60,496 bases of DNA from Candidatus Adlerbacteria bacterium RIFCSPLOWO2_01_FULL_51_16. GTDB lineage: Bacteria > Patescibacteriota > Minisyncoccia > Phycocordibacterales > SBAW01. The stretch spans positions 29,479 through 89,974 of the forward strand of contig MEWX01000014.1 of the NCBI GenBank assembly GCA_001775485.1. Direction: 5' to 3'. How positions within the stretch are numbered: position 1 is the first letter of the stretch; each line of letters begins with the position of its first letter. The position numbers were made by a program, and so were the translations under genes. Below the pieces are notes generated by a model. The model had not been told where the DNA came from. It saw only the letters and a program-made list of their open reading frames with translations, and did no database searches. Shown here piece after piece: positions 18,194 through 28,355 of this stretch.

Positions 18194-18215
18194 ATTCTTT
18201 TCTGCAGCTCTCGCA

Positions 18216-18242
18216 AAAATCCGCCCTCAAGGGCGGATTTTT
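18216..18242 (+). terminator. Rho-independent terminator
   Basis: AAAATCCGCCC-TCAA-GGGCGGATTTTT. Confidence 0.85.
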
Positions 18243-18249
18243 GCTTTAC

Positions 18250-18341
18250 CCCGTTAGAGAATGCATCCTGCGGCTTGCCGCAAAATGCGTTTCTCCCATA
18301 TGAGCGCGGAGTTTAATGTCCCACGGGAGTTCTCTAACGGG
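18250..18341. mobile_element. MITE-like element with CCCGTTAGAGAA...TTCTCTAACGGG terminal inverted repeats
   Basis: 12-bp perfect terminal IR; flanked by CTTTAC / GTTTAC (near target-site duplication). Confidence 0.7.
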
Positions 18342-18356
18342 GTTTACAATGACTGC

Positions 18357-19151
18357 ATGAAAGAGTTGTTGCGCGCCTTGAGGAAACATTACAGCGCTCA
18401 TCGTCGGAATTTGCCTTGGCGGAAGACCCGCGACCCGTACAAAATTTTGGTTTCAGAGGTGATGCTCCAACAAACACAGGTGGAGCGGGTAATACCGTAC
18501 TACGAAGCGTTTGTAGAAAAATTTCCTACCGCAAGAGTACTCGCCGCAGCCCCGCTCTCGCAAGTACTCTCGGCGTGGCAGGGTTTGGGATATAACCGCA
18601 GGGCGAAGTTCTTGCGCGAGGCGGCAAAACTCATTTCAAAAAGCGGATTTCCGCGTGCGGTAGGGGAGATAGAAAAGCTGCCTGCGGTCGGCTATTACAC
18701 CGCCCGCGCGATCGCCGTTTTTGCGTGGAATTATCCGGAAGTGTTTGTTGAGACCAACATCCGCACAGTTTTCTTGTATCACTGCTTCCCAAACCGCAGA
18801 AAAGTTGCTGATAAAGAAATTTTGGTGCTGGTTGCTGAGGCAATGGTGCTGTCAAAGATGGAACCGCGCGATTTTTATGCGGCACTCATGGATTATGGTG
18901 CGTCCCTCAAAAAGGAAGGGATTAAACTCAACAGCAAAAGTCGTCACTACGCTCCGCAATCAAAATTTGAAGGGTCGGCGAGACAATTGCGCGGCGCTAT
19001 TTTGCGGGAGCTCCTCAAGCATCACGCGACACTTTCCGTCTTAGCACATAAAATACCGCGCAATCAGCAGGAGCTTGCGCACGAACTTGCCCGCCTCACC
19101 GCCGAAGGCCTGGTAGCGCTCCGTGGTCGCTACTTCTCAATTTCGGAGTGA
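18357..19151 (+). CDS. mutY: A/G-specific adenine glycosylase (MutY-like HhH-GPD), short form lacking the Fe-S cysteine cluster
   Basis: RNLPWR, DPYKILVSEVMLQQTQV, WQGLGYNRRA and VETNIR; real start probably 18357, not 18261. Confidence 0.85.
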   Translation: MKELLRALRKHYSAHRRNLPWRKTRDPYKILVSEVMLQQTQVERVIPYYEAFVEKFPTARVLAAAPLSQVLSAWQGLGYNRRAKFLREAAKLISKSGFPRAVGEIEKLPAVGYYTARAIAVFAWNYPEVFVETNIRTVFLYHCFPNRRKVADKEILVLVAEAMVLSKMEPRDFYAALMDYGASLKKEGIKLNSKSRHYAPQSKFEGSARQLRGAILRELLKHHATLSVLAHKIPRNQQELAHELARLTAEGLVALRGRYFSISE

Positions 19152-21023
19152 TTACATTCCCAAAATAACGGGAATGACGATAGGACGTTTGTTAGTCTTC
19201 TCAAAGAGAAAACGGGAAACGGCGTCGGTAACGTTACTTTTCACAAAATCGAAGTTAATCGGTTGTTGTCCTCTCGCGCCGTCCTCGATTGTTTTCTTGA
19301 CGATGAGACGCGCCTGCTGGAGAAGCTCCTGGCTCTCGCGCAAATACACAAAGCCGCGTGAAATTATGTCGGGCGATTTGCGCAAGCGGCCATTTTTGGG
19401 GTTAACAGTTGCGATAATCACAAACATTCCTTCTTGTGCCAAAACGGTTCTGTCGCGGATCACAACTTCCTGAATATCGCCGATAGAGAAGCCGTCCACC
19501 AGCCGAAGCCCTGATGGAGCGCTTTCCTTAAGCCGTACGAGCTTCTGTCCCTCGTCTTGAATCTCTATGACAACCCCGTTGTCGGGGACGATAATCTCAT
19601 CCTCGCCTCTTCCGCAGGCCTTCGCGATGTCCGCATGCACGCGGAGCATGTAGTGGTAGCCGTGGAGCGGCATAAAGAAGCGGGGGTTTATCTTTTGGTG
19701 TATCCAAAACGTCTCATCGCGGTTGGCGTGGCCGGATGAGTGCACATCCATGGTGTCGCGATGAATGATACGCGCGCCTTGGCGGGAGAGGTTGTCTTTA
19801 AGTTTCTGCACCGCGCGCTCGTTGCCGGGGACGATGGAAGAAGAGAGCACAATCGTGTCACCCTTTTTTATTTTGACGTATTTGTGGGTCTTCATCGCTA
19901 TCCGCATCAGCGCCGCGAACTCATCTCCCTGCGCACCTGTCGCAAGGATCATAATTTTGTTGTCGGGGAGTGACTCGAGCCCCTCGGGACCGATAAAGGC
20001 TTTTTCACTGACCTTGAGAAGCCCCAAGTGCTTCACGATCTCGATGTTTATCTTCATGCTGCGCCCCTCGATCAAAATTTTGCGTCCGATGCGCTCGGCG
20101 GTTTCGATGATGCGCATGAGACGCTCAAGTTGAGAGGAGAAGGTACCGACAAGGAGGCGCCCGGGAGTTGTCGCAATAATCTCGTCCATATTCTGCTTCA
20201 CGGTGCGCTCGGGTATTGAGAAGCCGGGCCTCTCAACGTTTGTAGAATCGGCCGCAAGAAAGAGCACTTTTTTATCCTTGAAAAAGGCGAATTCTTTTTC
20301 TTCCTGCTCCGTCGGAATTCCGTTTACGTGGTCAAGTTTGAGGTCGCCGGTGAAAACAACGAGTCCGTAGGGAGTTTCAAGTATGACGCCCATTGCGTCG
20401 GGAATCGTATGGGTCACGGAGAAGAAGCGCACTTTCAGTTTGCCCGCGCGCACGGTCTCTTCTTTTTCCACCTCGTGGATGTCGAGCGGTTTAAGATGCG
20501 GAAATTCCTCCTGACGTTTGCGTATCATGACCGCGGTCAGCCGGCGCGTGTAGATGGGCGGATAGCCGATGCGGTCGATGATGTAGGGGATACCGCCGAT
20601 GTGGTCGAGGTGGCCGTGGGTGATAAAAAGCCCGCGGATTTTTTCTTGCCGGTCTTCGAGGTATTTGGTGTTAGGGAGAATGTAGTCAACGCCCGGGGTA
20701 TCGTCTTCGCGGAATTGGAAGCCGCAGTCGACGATGATAATGTCGTCGCCGAATTCAATCGCGGTCATATTGCGGCCGATTTCCTCTACTCCGCCAAGCG
20801 GGATGATGCGGATATTATTCGCCTCAAGCGGGGGAATGGGTTTCTCATCTCCGTTGCCGCCCTGCTCCAGGGGTTCGCGCGGCGGATGCGGTTGATGCGG
20901 GCGCTGTCTGCCGCGCAAGCTCCGGTGAGCGTTACGTCCTCTGCCGCCGCGGGGGCGGCGACCTCCACCGCCGAAAGGCGTGGCGGAGGAGGGAGGTATA
21001 TTTGGTTTTTTGTGTTGGTCCAT
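19152..21023 (-). CDS. rnj: Ribonuclease J
   Basis: IPLGGVEEIGRN, THGHLDHIGG, HSSGHA and PDIISRGFVY. Confidence 0.95.
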   Translation of the reverse strand: MDQHKKPNIPPSSATPFGGGGRRPRGGRGRNAHRSLRGRQRPHQPHPPREPLEQGGNGDEKPIPPLEANNIRIIPLGGVEEIGRNMTAIEFGDDIIIVDCGFQFREDDTPGVDYILPNTKYLEDRQEKIRGLFITHGHLDHIGGIPYIIDRIGYPPIYTRRLTAVMIRKRQEEFPHLKPLDIHEVEKEETVRAGKLKVRFFSVTHTIPDAMGVILETPYGLVVFTGDLKLDHVNGIPTEQEEKEFAFFKDKKVLFLAADSTNVERPGFSIPERTVKQNMDEIIATTPGRLLVGTFSSQLERLMRIIETAERIGRKILIEGRSMKINIEIVKHLGLLKVSEKAFIGPEGLESLPDNKIMILATGAQGDEFAALMRIAMKTHKYVKIKKGDTIVLSSSIVPGNERAVQKLKDNLSRQGARIIHRDTMDVHSSGHANRDETFWIHQKINPRFFMPLHGYHYMLRVHADIAKACGRGEDEIIVPDNGVVIEIQDEGQKLVRLKESAPSGLRLVDGFSIGDIQEVVIRDRTVLAQEGMFVIIATVNPKNGRLRKSPDIISRGFVYLRESQELLQQARLIVKKTIEDGARGQQPINFDFVKSNVTDAVSRFLFEKTNKRPIVIPVILGM

Positions 21024-21028
21024 AGGTA

Positions 21029-22801
21029 TTAGTTACGGGTAGTTACAAAGAAGGGCCAGACATAATCGGTCTGCGTATGCCAATCTAGAATTGATAGAAA
21101 GCGGTCGCTCGAGACTTCGATGAACCCAAGCTCGAGGCCTTGAATAGTATCGGGGACAGAATATACAAAGTCCGGTGCGTAGAGAATCAGTGCAGGCAGG
21201 TCCTTTTTAAATTCTGTGACAAATTTTTGGTACAGTGCCATACGCTCTTCTGGATTTCCGGTCTCGCGCAATTGCTCGAGCGTTCTGTCGACCGTCGAAT
21301 TGGCATAGAGTGCGATATTGAGCCCTGGGTCGTTGCGTTGAGAGGAGTGCCAGAAAGGGAAGAGATCTAACTCCCTTCCGATAACTTCTCCAAAAAGAAG
21401 CGCGTCGTATTTGCGTGGGCGGATGACATTTTGAGAGAGGTCACCTTGATCGAATATTTTAACTTCTACCGCTGCCCCCATTTGGCTCCAGCTCCGGCGC
21501 AACGCTTCTGCTGCCACGCGTAGCTCCGGCACGTTACCGGTTGCAAGTGAGAAAGAAAGAACGGTCGTTTTTTTAGTTTTGCCGCTTCCGGTTGTCTTTT
21601 GCAGTATGCCGTTTTCTCCCGCTACCCACCCGCGGGACAGAAGCCCCTCGCGCGCGGCAAGAGCCGGGTCCCGCCCCTCCACTGCTTGCAGCATCACGTT
21701 ATCTTCTGTTTGAGTAAGAAGGTTGGGGGGCACGGGCTCCTGAAGCAGAGTGCCGTAACCCGCAAGCACTTCGGAAACGATTTTTTGGCGGTCGAGAGAC
21801 TCACCAAGAGCTACACGGACGTCTCTGTCGCGCAAAACCTCGGACTGATTTTGGTTGAAGAAGACCCCGAATATCCGATTAAGCGGCGCACGTTCGGTGT
21901 GCGTACCCTCCGGCAAATCGGTAAGGAGTGAAGGTGAAGTGCCGCTTGCGGCGTCCACCTCTCCCGTTTTGAGTGCATCGATAAGCGCTGCCTCACTTTG
22001 GTAAAAATGCAACACAATATGCTTGAGATACGGTCCGCCAAGGGCGTAGTTTGCAAACGGCTGGAGGTCATAGGAGGACGGAATACCCGCAGAGCTTCGC
22101 GAAATCGAGCTTATTTTGAAAGGTCCGGAGCCAACGGGAGAAGTATTAAGCTCGCTGAAGGGGAATTCTTCGTCAGCGACACCTCCCCAGAGATGTCCGG
22201 GGAGTATCCCCAATGTCAGATTTTTAACAAAAGGAGCGTAGGGGCTCGTAAGAGTAAAACGCACGGTTCGCTCGTCTACTTTTTCAACCTCGACTCCGTC
22301 CCAATTTACCCGGAGAGGACTTTTGAGCGTCGGGTTTTGAATTTTGAGAACGGTAAAGACGATATCATCGGCAGTGACTGGCGCTCCGTCATGGAAGGAG
22401 GCATCCGGCCGGAGTACAAAGGTGTAGCTTGTTCCGTCTTCTGAAACCTCGTAACGTGCCGCCAAATCTGGCAGATACCGTCCGTCGGGTGTAGCCCGGA
22501 GTAGCCCCGAGTAGACAAGCGAGACCAAATCGCGATCAGCATCCGATATCGCAAGTATCGGATTTATGAAACGCGGGCTTCCGATAATACCTTCCGCATA
22601 GCTGCCTCCGGGTGAGGGTACCGCAACAAGTAGCGACTGGTTGAGGATGTAGAGAAGTCCAAACGAGCTCACGACCAGCATCCCCGCAAAAAGATAAAAA
22701 AGGACACGACCGCTTGCAGTAAAGGAATGCAAAATCTCCTCCGTAGTTTGGATAAACGGCAGATGAGCTGAACGGGACGCTGAGCGCCAAAATTCACGCA
22801 T
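21029..22801 (-). CDS. Peptide ABC transporter substrate-binding protein (family 5)
   Basis: PRFINP, YSGL, FHDGAPVTADD, PVGSGPF and WHSSQ. Confidence 0.9.
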   Translation of the reverse strand: MREFWRSASRSAHLPFIQTTEEILHSFTASGRVLFYLFAGMLVVSSFGLLYILNQSLLVAVPSPGGSYAEGIIGSPRFINPILAISDADRDLVSLVYSGLLRATPDGRYLPDLAARYEVSEDGTSYTFVLRPDASFHDGAPVTADDIVFTVLKIQNPTLKSPLRVNWDGVEVEKVDERTVRFTLTSPYAPFVKNLTLGILPGHLWGGVADEEFPFSELNTSPVGSGPFKISSISRSSAGIPSSYDLQPFANYALGGPYLKHIVLHFYQSEAALIDALKTGEVDAASGTSPSLLTDLPEGTHTERAPLNRIFGVFFNQNQSEVLRDRDVRVALGESLDRQKIVSEVLAGYGTLLQEPVPPNLLTQTEDNVMLQAVEGRDPALAAREGLLSRGWVAGENGILQKTTGSGKTKKTTVLSFSLATGNVPELRVAAEALRRSWSQMGAAVEVKIFDQGDLSQNVIRPRKYDALLFGEVIGRELDLFPFWHSSQRNDPGLNIALYANSTVDRTLEQLRETGNPEERMALYQKFVTEFKKDLPALILYAPDFVYSVPDTIQGLELGFIEVSSDRFLSILDWHTQTDYVWPFFVTTRN

Positions 22802-22913
22802 CCCGTTAGAAGTAGGGCGCGGACATAAATGTCCTTCCTGCTTTAATTACGCTGTTAATGTTATGTGAACACTTATTCATATTTCGGAAAATGAGTCCGC
22901 GTCTTCTAACGGG
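22802..22913. mobile_element. MITE-like element with CCCGTTAGAAG...CTTCTAACGGG terminal IRs and an ACGCAT target-site duplication
   Basis: 11-bp perfect IR; ACGCAT at 22796-22801 and 22914-22919. Confidence 0.75.
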
Positions 22914-22939
22914 ACGCATGTAAGAAACCGATACGGTTA

Positions 22940-23170
22940 TTAGGTTATGACGAGAGCAAGAAACGCTGACGCACAAAACAAAACACCAATGACGATAGTC
23001 GCGTAGAAGAGGAATTTCTCCGAACCGCGGCGGGTGTGGTAGGAGGCGGAGAAGTTGTCTCCACCGAACGCTCCGCCTAAAGATGCTCCCGTTTGCTGCA
23101 GAATAACAGCGACAATAAGGAGCACACTCAGTATCACCTGTATGTAGGGGAGAACCCCCGCTATGGTCAT
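22940..23170 (-). CDS. secG: Preprotein translocase subunit SecG
   Basis: Two TMs, LQQ.GASLGGAFGG and TRRGSEKFL. Confidence 0.9.
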   Translation of the reverse strand: MTIAGVLPYIQVILSVLLIVAVILQQTGASLGGAFGGDNFSASYHTRRGSEKFLFYATIVIGVLFCASAFLALVIT

Positions 23171-23270
23171 TGGCTCAAGAGTATCATACGCTTCTGCCGG
23201 GTGCAACCGTCATTTCATTTGACAGAGACAGGCCGGTTTCTATATACTGCGCACGCTAAGTTTGAGAATC

Positions 23271-23600
23271 ATGAAAAAGAAAACGAAATCAAAAGTTTCA
23301 GCTACTTCGGTCGGGTTTAACCCCGGCGGGGATAGGGTGCTTATACGCCCCGCTCTTCCGGAAAGAACGACATCTTCAGGCATTATCATTCCGGAAACGG
23401 TTGATAAAGAGAAGCCGGAGCAGGGCAAAATCGTTGCTGTGGGGCCAGGGAAAAAAAATGATGACGGCAAGACAATCCCCGTTTCTTACAAGGTGGGGGA
23501 TAAGGTGATGTTCTCTAAATATGGTTACGACGAGGTCAAAATAAACGGCGTTGAGTACTATATAGTTTCTGAAAATAATATCTTAGGGATTTTTAAATAA
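23271..23600 (+). CDS. groES: Co-chaperonin GroES
   Basis: PGGDRVLI, SGIIIP, VAVGPG and KVGDKV. Confidence 0.97.
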   Translation: MKKKTKSKVSATSVGFNPGGDRVLIRPALPERTTSSGIIIPETVDKEKPEQGKIVAVGPGKKNDDGKTIPVSYKVGDKVMFSKYGYDEVKINGVEYYIVSENNILGIFK

Positions 23601-23605
23601 TACCT

Positions 23606-25255
23606 ATGGCAAAACAAATTCTATACAACGAGCGGGCTCGTCGGGCACTAAAAAGCGGGATAGATAAGGCGGCAAATGCGGTGAAGATTACGCTCGGCCC
23701 CCGGGGGCGCAATGTTGCTATTGAAAAGGGGTACGGTGGCCCGACAATCACAAACGACGGCGTCTCTATAGCAAAAGAGATTTCTTTTCGCGACAAATTT
23801 GAGAATATGGGCGCCGAGATCGTAAAAGAAGTTGCCAGCAAAACCAACGATATCGCAGGTGATGGCACCACAACTAGCGTGGTGCTCCTGCAGGCCCTCA
23901 TCGAAGAGGGGATGAAGCACACGGAGATGGGTCAGAGCGCCATGGAGGTGCACGACGGGATACTTAGCGCCTCGCGTAGCGCGGTAGAGGCGCTTAAAAA
24001 GCTTTCAAAAAAGATTGAAACGCACGACGAGGTGCGTCAGGTCGCTTCACTTGCCGCAGAAAACAGCGAACTCGGTACCACGATTGCCGACACGATTAAA
24101 GAGGTGGGGAAAGACGGCGTTGTTACTGTTGAGGAATCGCAATCGCTTGGGATTGAAAAGGAAGTTGTTGAAGGACTCCAATTTGATCGCGGATACGTCA
24201 GCGCATACATGATAACGGATGCGTCGCGGATGGAGGCGGTGTATAAGGATGCTCCGATTTTGATAACGGATAAGAAAATTTCTTCTATACAGGAGGTACT
24301 GCCGATTTTGGAAAAAGTGGCACAGAGCGGCAAAAAAGATTTGGTGATCATCGCCGAAGATGTGGATGGCGAGGCGTTGACGACCTTTGTCGTCAACAAA
24401 TTGCGCGGGACCTTTAATGTGCTTGCGGTTAAAGCGCCAGGCTACGGCGACCGCAAAAAAGAAATGCTTCAGGACATCGCGACTGTCACGGGTGGCGAGG
24501 TAATCTCGGAAGGGGACCAGGGCATTAAATTTGAAAACGCGACACTTGAGATGCTCGGCCGTGCACGCAAAGTCATTGCAACCAAAGAAGATACGGTTAT
24601 TGTCGGCGGCAAGGGTGCTAAAAAAGACATAGAAAAGCGCATAGCCCAGCTACGCAAGCAGATAGAAAACACCGACGGAAAATTTGATAAAGAAAAACTT
24701 GAAGAGCGGCTTGCGAAGCTCTCGGGTGGGGTTGCGGTCATACGGGTTGGTGCCGCAACGGAAACTGAGATGAAGTATCTGAAACTCAAAATTGAGGATG
24801 CGGTAAACGCCACCAAGGCCGCAATTGAAGAGGGGGTTGTACCGGGCGGTGGGGTCGCGCTTGTGAAAGCGGGTCAAGAGGTTGGAAAACTTTTTGCAAA
24901 AGACAAAGAGGGGATGAGCGAGGGCGTACGCATTGGATACGAAGTGGTGCTCAAGGCACTTGAGATGCCTTTGCGGCAAATTGCATCAAACGCCGGGGTG
25001 GACGCGGGTGTTATTGTAGACAAGGTAAAAAATGGCAAGGGCAATGCCGGATATGACGCCTTTAAAAATGAAATTGTAAAAGATGTGATGGAAGCGGGCA
25101 TCATTGATCCGGTTAAAGTAACACGCACGGGGCTTGAAAAGGCCGCATCCGCTGCCGCAATACTCCTCACAACTGAAGCGGCGATAGCCGAAGAGCCAAA
25201 AGAAGAAAAAGATAGCCCTATACCAGCAGGAGGTATGGGTGACATGGACTATTAA
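23606..25255 (+). CDS. groEL: Chaperonin GroEL
   Basis: TLGPRGRNV, TNDGVSIAKEI, AGDGTTT, AVKAPGYGDRKK and IIDPVKVTR. Confidence 0.99.
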   Translation: MAKQILYNERARRALKSGIDKAANAVKITLGPRGRNVAIEKGYGGPTITNDGVSIAKEISFRDKFENMGAEIVKEVASKTNDIAGDGTTTSVVLLQALIEEGMKHTEMGQSAMEVHDGILSASRSAVEALKKLSKKIETHDEVRQVASLAAENSELGTTIADTIKEVGKDGVVTVEESQSLGIEKEVVEGLQFDRGYVSAYMITDASRMEAVYKDAPILITDKKISSIQEVLPILEKVAQSGKKDLVIIAEDVDGEALTTFVVNKLRGTFNVLAVKAPGYGDRKKEMLQDIATVTGGEVISEGDQGIKFENATLEMLGRARKVIATKEDTVIVGGKGAKKDIEKRIAQLRKQIENTDGKFDKEKLEERLAKLSGGVAVIRVGAATETEMKYLKLKIEDAVNATKAAIEEGVVPGGGVALVKAGQEVGKLFAKDKEGMSEGVRIGYEVVLKALEMPLRQIASNAGVDAGVIVDKVKNGKGNAGYDAFKNEIVKDVMEAGIIDPVKVTRTGLEKAASAAAILLTTEAAIAEEPKEEKDSPIPAGGMGDMDY

Positions 25256-25284
25256 GTTTTCTCCAAAAATGCTACAATAGAGGT

Positions 25285-25845
25285 ATGAGTCCGCTCTATG
25301 TAATCCTTATTGTTCTTGCGATTGTTGGGGCGTGGGTAATATTTGCTTACAATAATTTTGTGCGGATGGTAAACCGCGCTAAGGAAGCGTGGGCGGATAT
25401 CGACGTCCAACTCAAGCGTCGCTACGATTTGATACCTAATCTCATCGAGTCGGTCAAGGGTTATGTAAAACATGAGCGCGAAACCCTGGAGAAGGTGACC
25501 GCCGCTCGCGTTGCCGCGATGGATGCCTCGGGGCCTGCCGCGCGCGGAGCTGCGGAGAATATGCTGACCGGCGCTTTGAAATCGCTTTTTGCGGTTGCAG
25601 AGGCCTACCCCGACCTCAAGGCGAACCAAAACTTCTTGGAGCTCCAGCGCGAGCTGTCGGACACCGAAAACAAAATCCAAGCGGCGCGCCGCTTCTACAA
25701 CGGCAATGTGCGCGACCTCAATACCGCGACAGAGAGCTTCCCCGGCAATATCATTGCAGGAGTGTTTCACTTTGTCCCGCGCGAGTTCTTTGAGCTTGAG
25801 GCAGGGGAGGCAGCCGCGCGCCAACCGGTAAAGGTCTCTTTCTAG
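25285..25845 (+). CDS. lemA: LemA family protein
   Basis: IDVQLKRRYDLIPNL and EAYPDLKA. Confidence 0.95.
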   Translation: MSPLYVILIVLAIVGAWVIFAYNNFVRMVNRAKEAWADIDVQLKRRYDLIPNLIESVKGYVKHERETLEKVTAARVAAMDASGPAARGAAENMLTGALKSLFAVAEAYPDLKANQNFLELQRELSDTENKIQAARRFYNGNVRDLNTATESFPGNIIAGVFHFVPREFFELEAGEAAARQPVKVSF

Positions 25846-25847
25846 TC

Positions 25848-26324
25848 ATGGAGATAAAAGACAAGGAGATGCACCGCATCGCGGTCACGGCTATTATCTA
25901 TAAGCCCAACCGGACGTATCTCATCACCAAGCGCGGGGAGAAAAAAGTATTTCCCGGTAAATGGATGGCACCCGGCGGCGGCCTCTCGACCGACGATTAT
26001 ATACACGGGAAGCCGAGTCTCGGCGGACAGTGGTACCACTCACTTGAAAAGGCACTACGGCGCGAAATACAAGAAGAGGTCGGTATTGACATAGGAAAGC
26101 CGGAATATCTTATGGACCTGACCTTCGTGCGACCCGACAGAGTGCCGGTCTTGGTATTGAGCTACTTTGCGCCGTATGTTTCGGGCAAGGTACATATCGG
26201 GAAGGACGAGGACGTTGTAGATTTTGCGTGGGTGAGCGCCAAAGAAGCGTCCACGTACGATTTGCTTGAAGGAATGCTTCACGAAGTAGAAGAAGTCGAC
26301 CGCATTCTTTCATCACGGAAATAG
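25848..26324 (+). CDS. NUDIX hydrolase
   Basis: PGG...ALRREIQEEVG Nudix box. Confidence 0.85.
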   Translation: MEIKDKEMHRIAVTAIIYKPNRTYLITKRGEKKVFPGKWMAPGGGLSTDDYIHGKPSLGGQWYHSLEKALRREIQEEVGIDIGKPEYLMDLTFVRPDRVPVLVLSYFAPYVSGKVHIGKDEDVVDFAWVSAKEASTYDLLEGMLHEVEEVDRILSSRK

Positions 26325-26325
26325 T

Positions 26326-27222
26326 ATGGCCACTCTCTATACACATAAGGATCAAAATATCGCGAAGACATGGGTGTTAATGGCCCTGTTTTTTGTCGTT
26401 GTGATGGCGATAGGGTGGGCGGTGTCTTACTATTTTGACAACCCCGGTATTTTAGTGTTTGCAGTTATGTTTGCTCTGGTAATGAATGTGGGAAGTTACT
26501 GGTGGAGCGATAAGCTGGTCGTTGCTATGGCGGGGGCAAAGCCCGCAAGCGAAACTGAGTTTGCCAAGCTCCACAATTTGGTTGAAAATTTGGCTATTAC
26601 CGCAGGTCTTCCTAAGCCGCGCATCTATATCATCGCCGACCCGGCGCCGAATGCGTTTGCAACTGGGAGGAACGCTACACATGCGGTTGTTGCGGTCACG
26701 ACAGGACTTTTGGGGATGCTCGAACACAATGAATTAGAAGGGGTCATAGCCCACGAGCTCTCCCACATCGGCAACCGCGATATGCTGCTCTCCACCGTTG
26801 CGGTCGTCTTGGTGGGGTTTGTCACTTTAGTTTCTGACTTTTTCTTGCGCAACTCTCTGTGGGGCGGGAGGCGCGACAATGGTGATGGCCGGGCAAATGC
26901 TATCTTAGCTATTATCGCGATTGCGCTGATTGTATTGGCGCCCATTGTCGCAATACTTTTACAACTTGCAATTTCGCGCAAGCGCGAGTTTTTGGCCGAT
27001 GCCTCCGGCGCACTTCTCACGCGCTACCCGGAAGGACTCGCAAATGCTCTGCGCAAAATTGGTGCTTACCAAGCGCCTATGCGCCGCGCCAACAACGCGA
27101 CCGCTCACCTGTATATTTCAAACCCCTTTGGTCCCCGGGCTGCAATGTCGGGCCTCGCCAAGCTCTTTATGACCCACCCGCCCGTAGAGGAGCGGATAAA
27201 AGCCCTCATCGGCAATAGATAA
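26326..27222 (+). CDS. htpX: Zinc metalloprotease HtpX (M48)
   Basis: PNAFATG, HELSH, SRKREFLAD and THPP. Confidence 0.95.
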   Translation: MATLYTHKDQNIAKTWVLMALFFVVVMAIGWAVSYYFDNPGILVFAVMFALVMNVGSYWWSDKLVVAMAGAKPASETEFAKLHNLVENLAITAGLPKPRIYIIADPAPNAFATGRNATHAVVAVTTGLLGMLEHNELEGVIAHELSHIGNRDMLLSTVAVVLVGFVTLVSDFFLRNSLWGGRRDNGDGRANAILAIIAIALIVLAPIVAILLQLAISRKREFLADASGALLTRYPEGLANALRKIGAYQAPMRRANNATAHLYISNPFGPRAAMSGLAKLFMTHPPVEERIKALIGNR

Positions 27223-27253
27223 AAACCCTTCAATTTGGTAAGGTGTGTCAATT

Positions 27254-27338
27254 GGAGGCGTCGGATAGTGGTTTATTCCACCACCTTGGAAAGGTGGCAT
27301 ACCGCAAGGTATCGTGAGTTCAAATCTCACCGCCTCCG
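27254..27338 (+). tRNA. tRNA-Ser(GGA)
   Basis: Acceptor GGAGGCG/CGCCTCC, anticodon arm CCACC-TTGGAAA-GGTGG, long variable arm, GTTCAAATC T-loop; no CCA. Confidence 0.95.
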
Positions 27339-27364
27339 CATTCTCGGTGCGTTATACTATTTCT

Positions 27365-27829
27365 ATGAAATACATTTTGATACCGCTCGCGTTTGTAGGA
27401 ATTTTGCTCGCCTCTCTCACGATTGAGCGGCCTGCTCCTAGAGATCCACTCTCTCCTTCGGTGCAGAGCTTGTCTTATGTGTCTGTGGGCTCAACGACCA
27501 TTTCGGTTGAAGTTGCTGATACTCAGGGTGAGCGTACCCAAGGGCTCTCGGGCCGCACCACACTTCCCGAAGGACATGGCATGCTGTTTGTTTTTGAAAG
27601 GGAAGGGGACTGGGGCATCTGGATGAAAGATATGAAATTTTCTATAGATATTATTTGGATGAACCGCGAAGGCAACATTATAACCATTGCCCGTGACGTT
27701 GCTCCGCAGACGTATCCAAACGCTTTTTACCCCACACAACCGGCTCTCTATGTACTGGAAGTACCAGCTGGGTTTTCAGATAAAAACGGGGTTGCCGAAG
27801 GGATGGGTGTTGTGTTAAAATTGCTCTAG
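27365..27829 (+). CDS. DUF192 protein
   Basis: VEVADT, GLS, GMLFVF, WMKDMKFSIDIIW and YVLEVPAG. Confidence 0.9.
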   Translation: MKYILIPLAFVGILLASLTIERPAPRDPLSPSVQSLSYVSVGSTTISVEVADTQGERTQGLSGRTTLPEGHGMLFVFEREGDWGIWMKDMKFSIDIIWMNREGNIITIARDVAPQTYPNAFYPTQPALYVLEVPAGFSDKNGVAEGMGVVLKLL

Positions 27830-28203
27830 CGCGTTGAATAACAGCCCTGGCCCTGTCTTCACGGATGGATGGCCGGGGAGGAAAGTCCGAACACTAAGCG
27901 CTGCACCGTGTGGTGCGAGAGTAGCAGGTAACCCCTGTCGTATGCTTTTTGCGGGCATAAGAGGTGCGAGCAGTGACGCTTCTGTCTGAAAAGGCAGGAG
28001 GGGCCCGATCCCAAGCTAGTCGGCCCAATTCCGCCATAGGGATAAGAAAGCGGAAGTGAAACGGCTAAACCCTTACTTTAGTGCAAGGCCGTGTCGCCCT
28101 CTTCTAGTTTTTAGAGGATGGGTGAAGTGCCGCTCGAGCTCCGCGGCGACGCGGAGCCTAGATAAATTGTTGTTCACGACAGAATTCGGCTTACAGACGC
28201 GCG
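27829..28203 (+). ncRNA. rnpB: RNase P RNA
   Basis: GAGGAAAGTCCG near the 5' end, ACAGAATTCGGCTTAC near the 3' end, and GCGCGT...ACGCGC P1 pairing. Confidence 0.92.
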
Positions 28204-28209
28204 CGCAGA

Positions 28210-28249
28210 AACACAAACACCCCGCCAAAAGCGGGGTGTTTGTGTTTTT
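28210..28249 (+). terminator. Rho-independent terminator after rnpB
   Basis: AACACAAACACCCCGC-CAAAA-GCGGGGTGTTTGTGTTTT. Confidence 0.85.
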
Positions 28250-28355
28250 ACCCCCTGTGGATAGAGCGCCCACCGCTCATTCCACGATGCTACACTTATA
28301 GAGGACGACATTATTAAGTGAATAAAGGGGCGTTGTGCCCCCTAAAGTAATTGTT

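Noticed and set aside
18261..18356. N-terminal extension of MutY in the ORF track
   Set aside because: It is translated MITE sequence; the ATG at 18357 follows a TACAAT box and matches the family start.
28250..28340. Replication origin (TGTGGATAG DnaA-box-like)
   Set aside because: There is only one imperfect box, with no cluster and no dnaA nearby.
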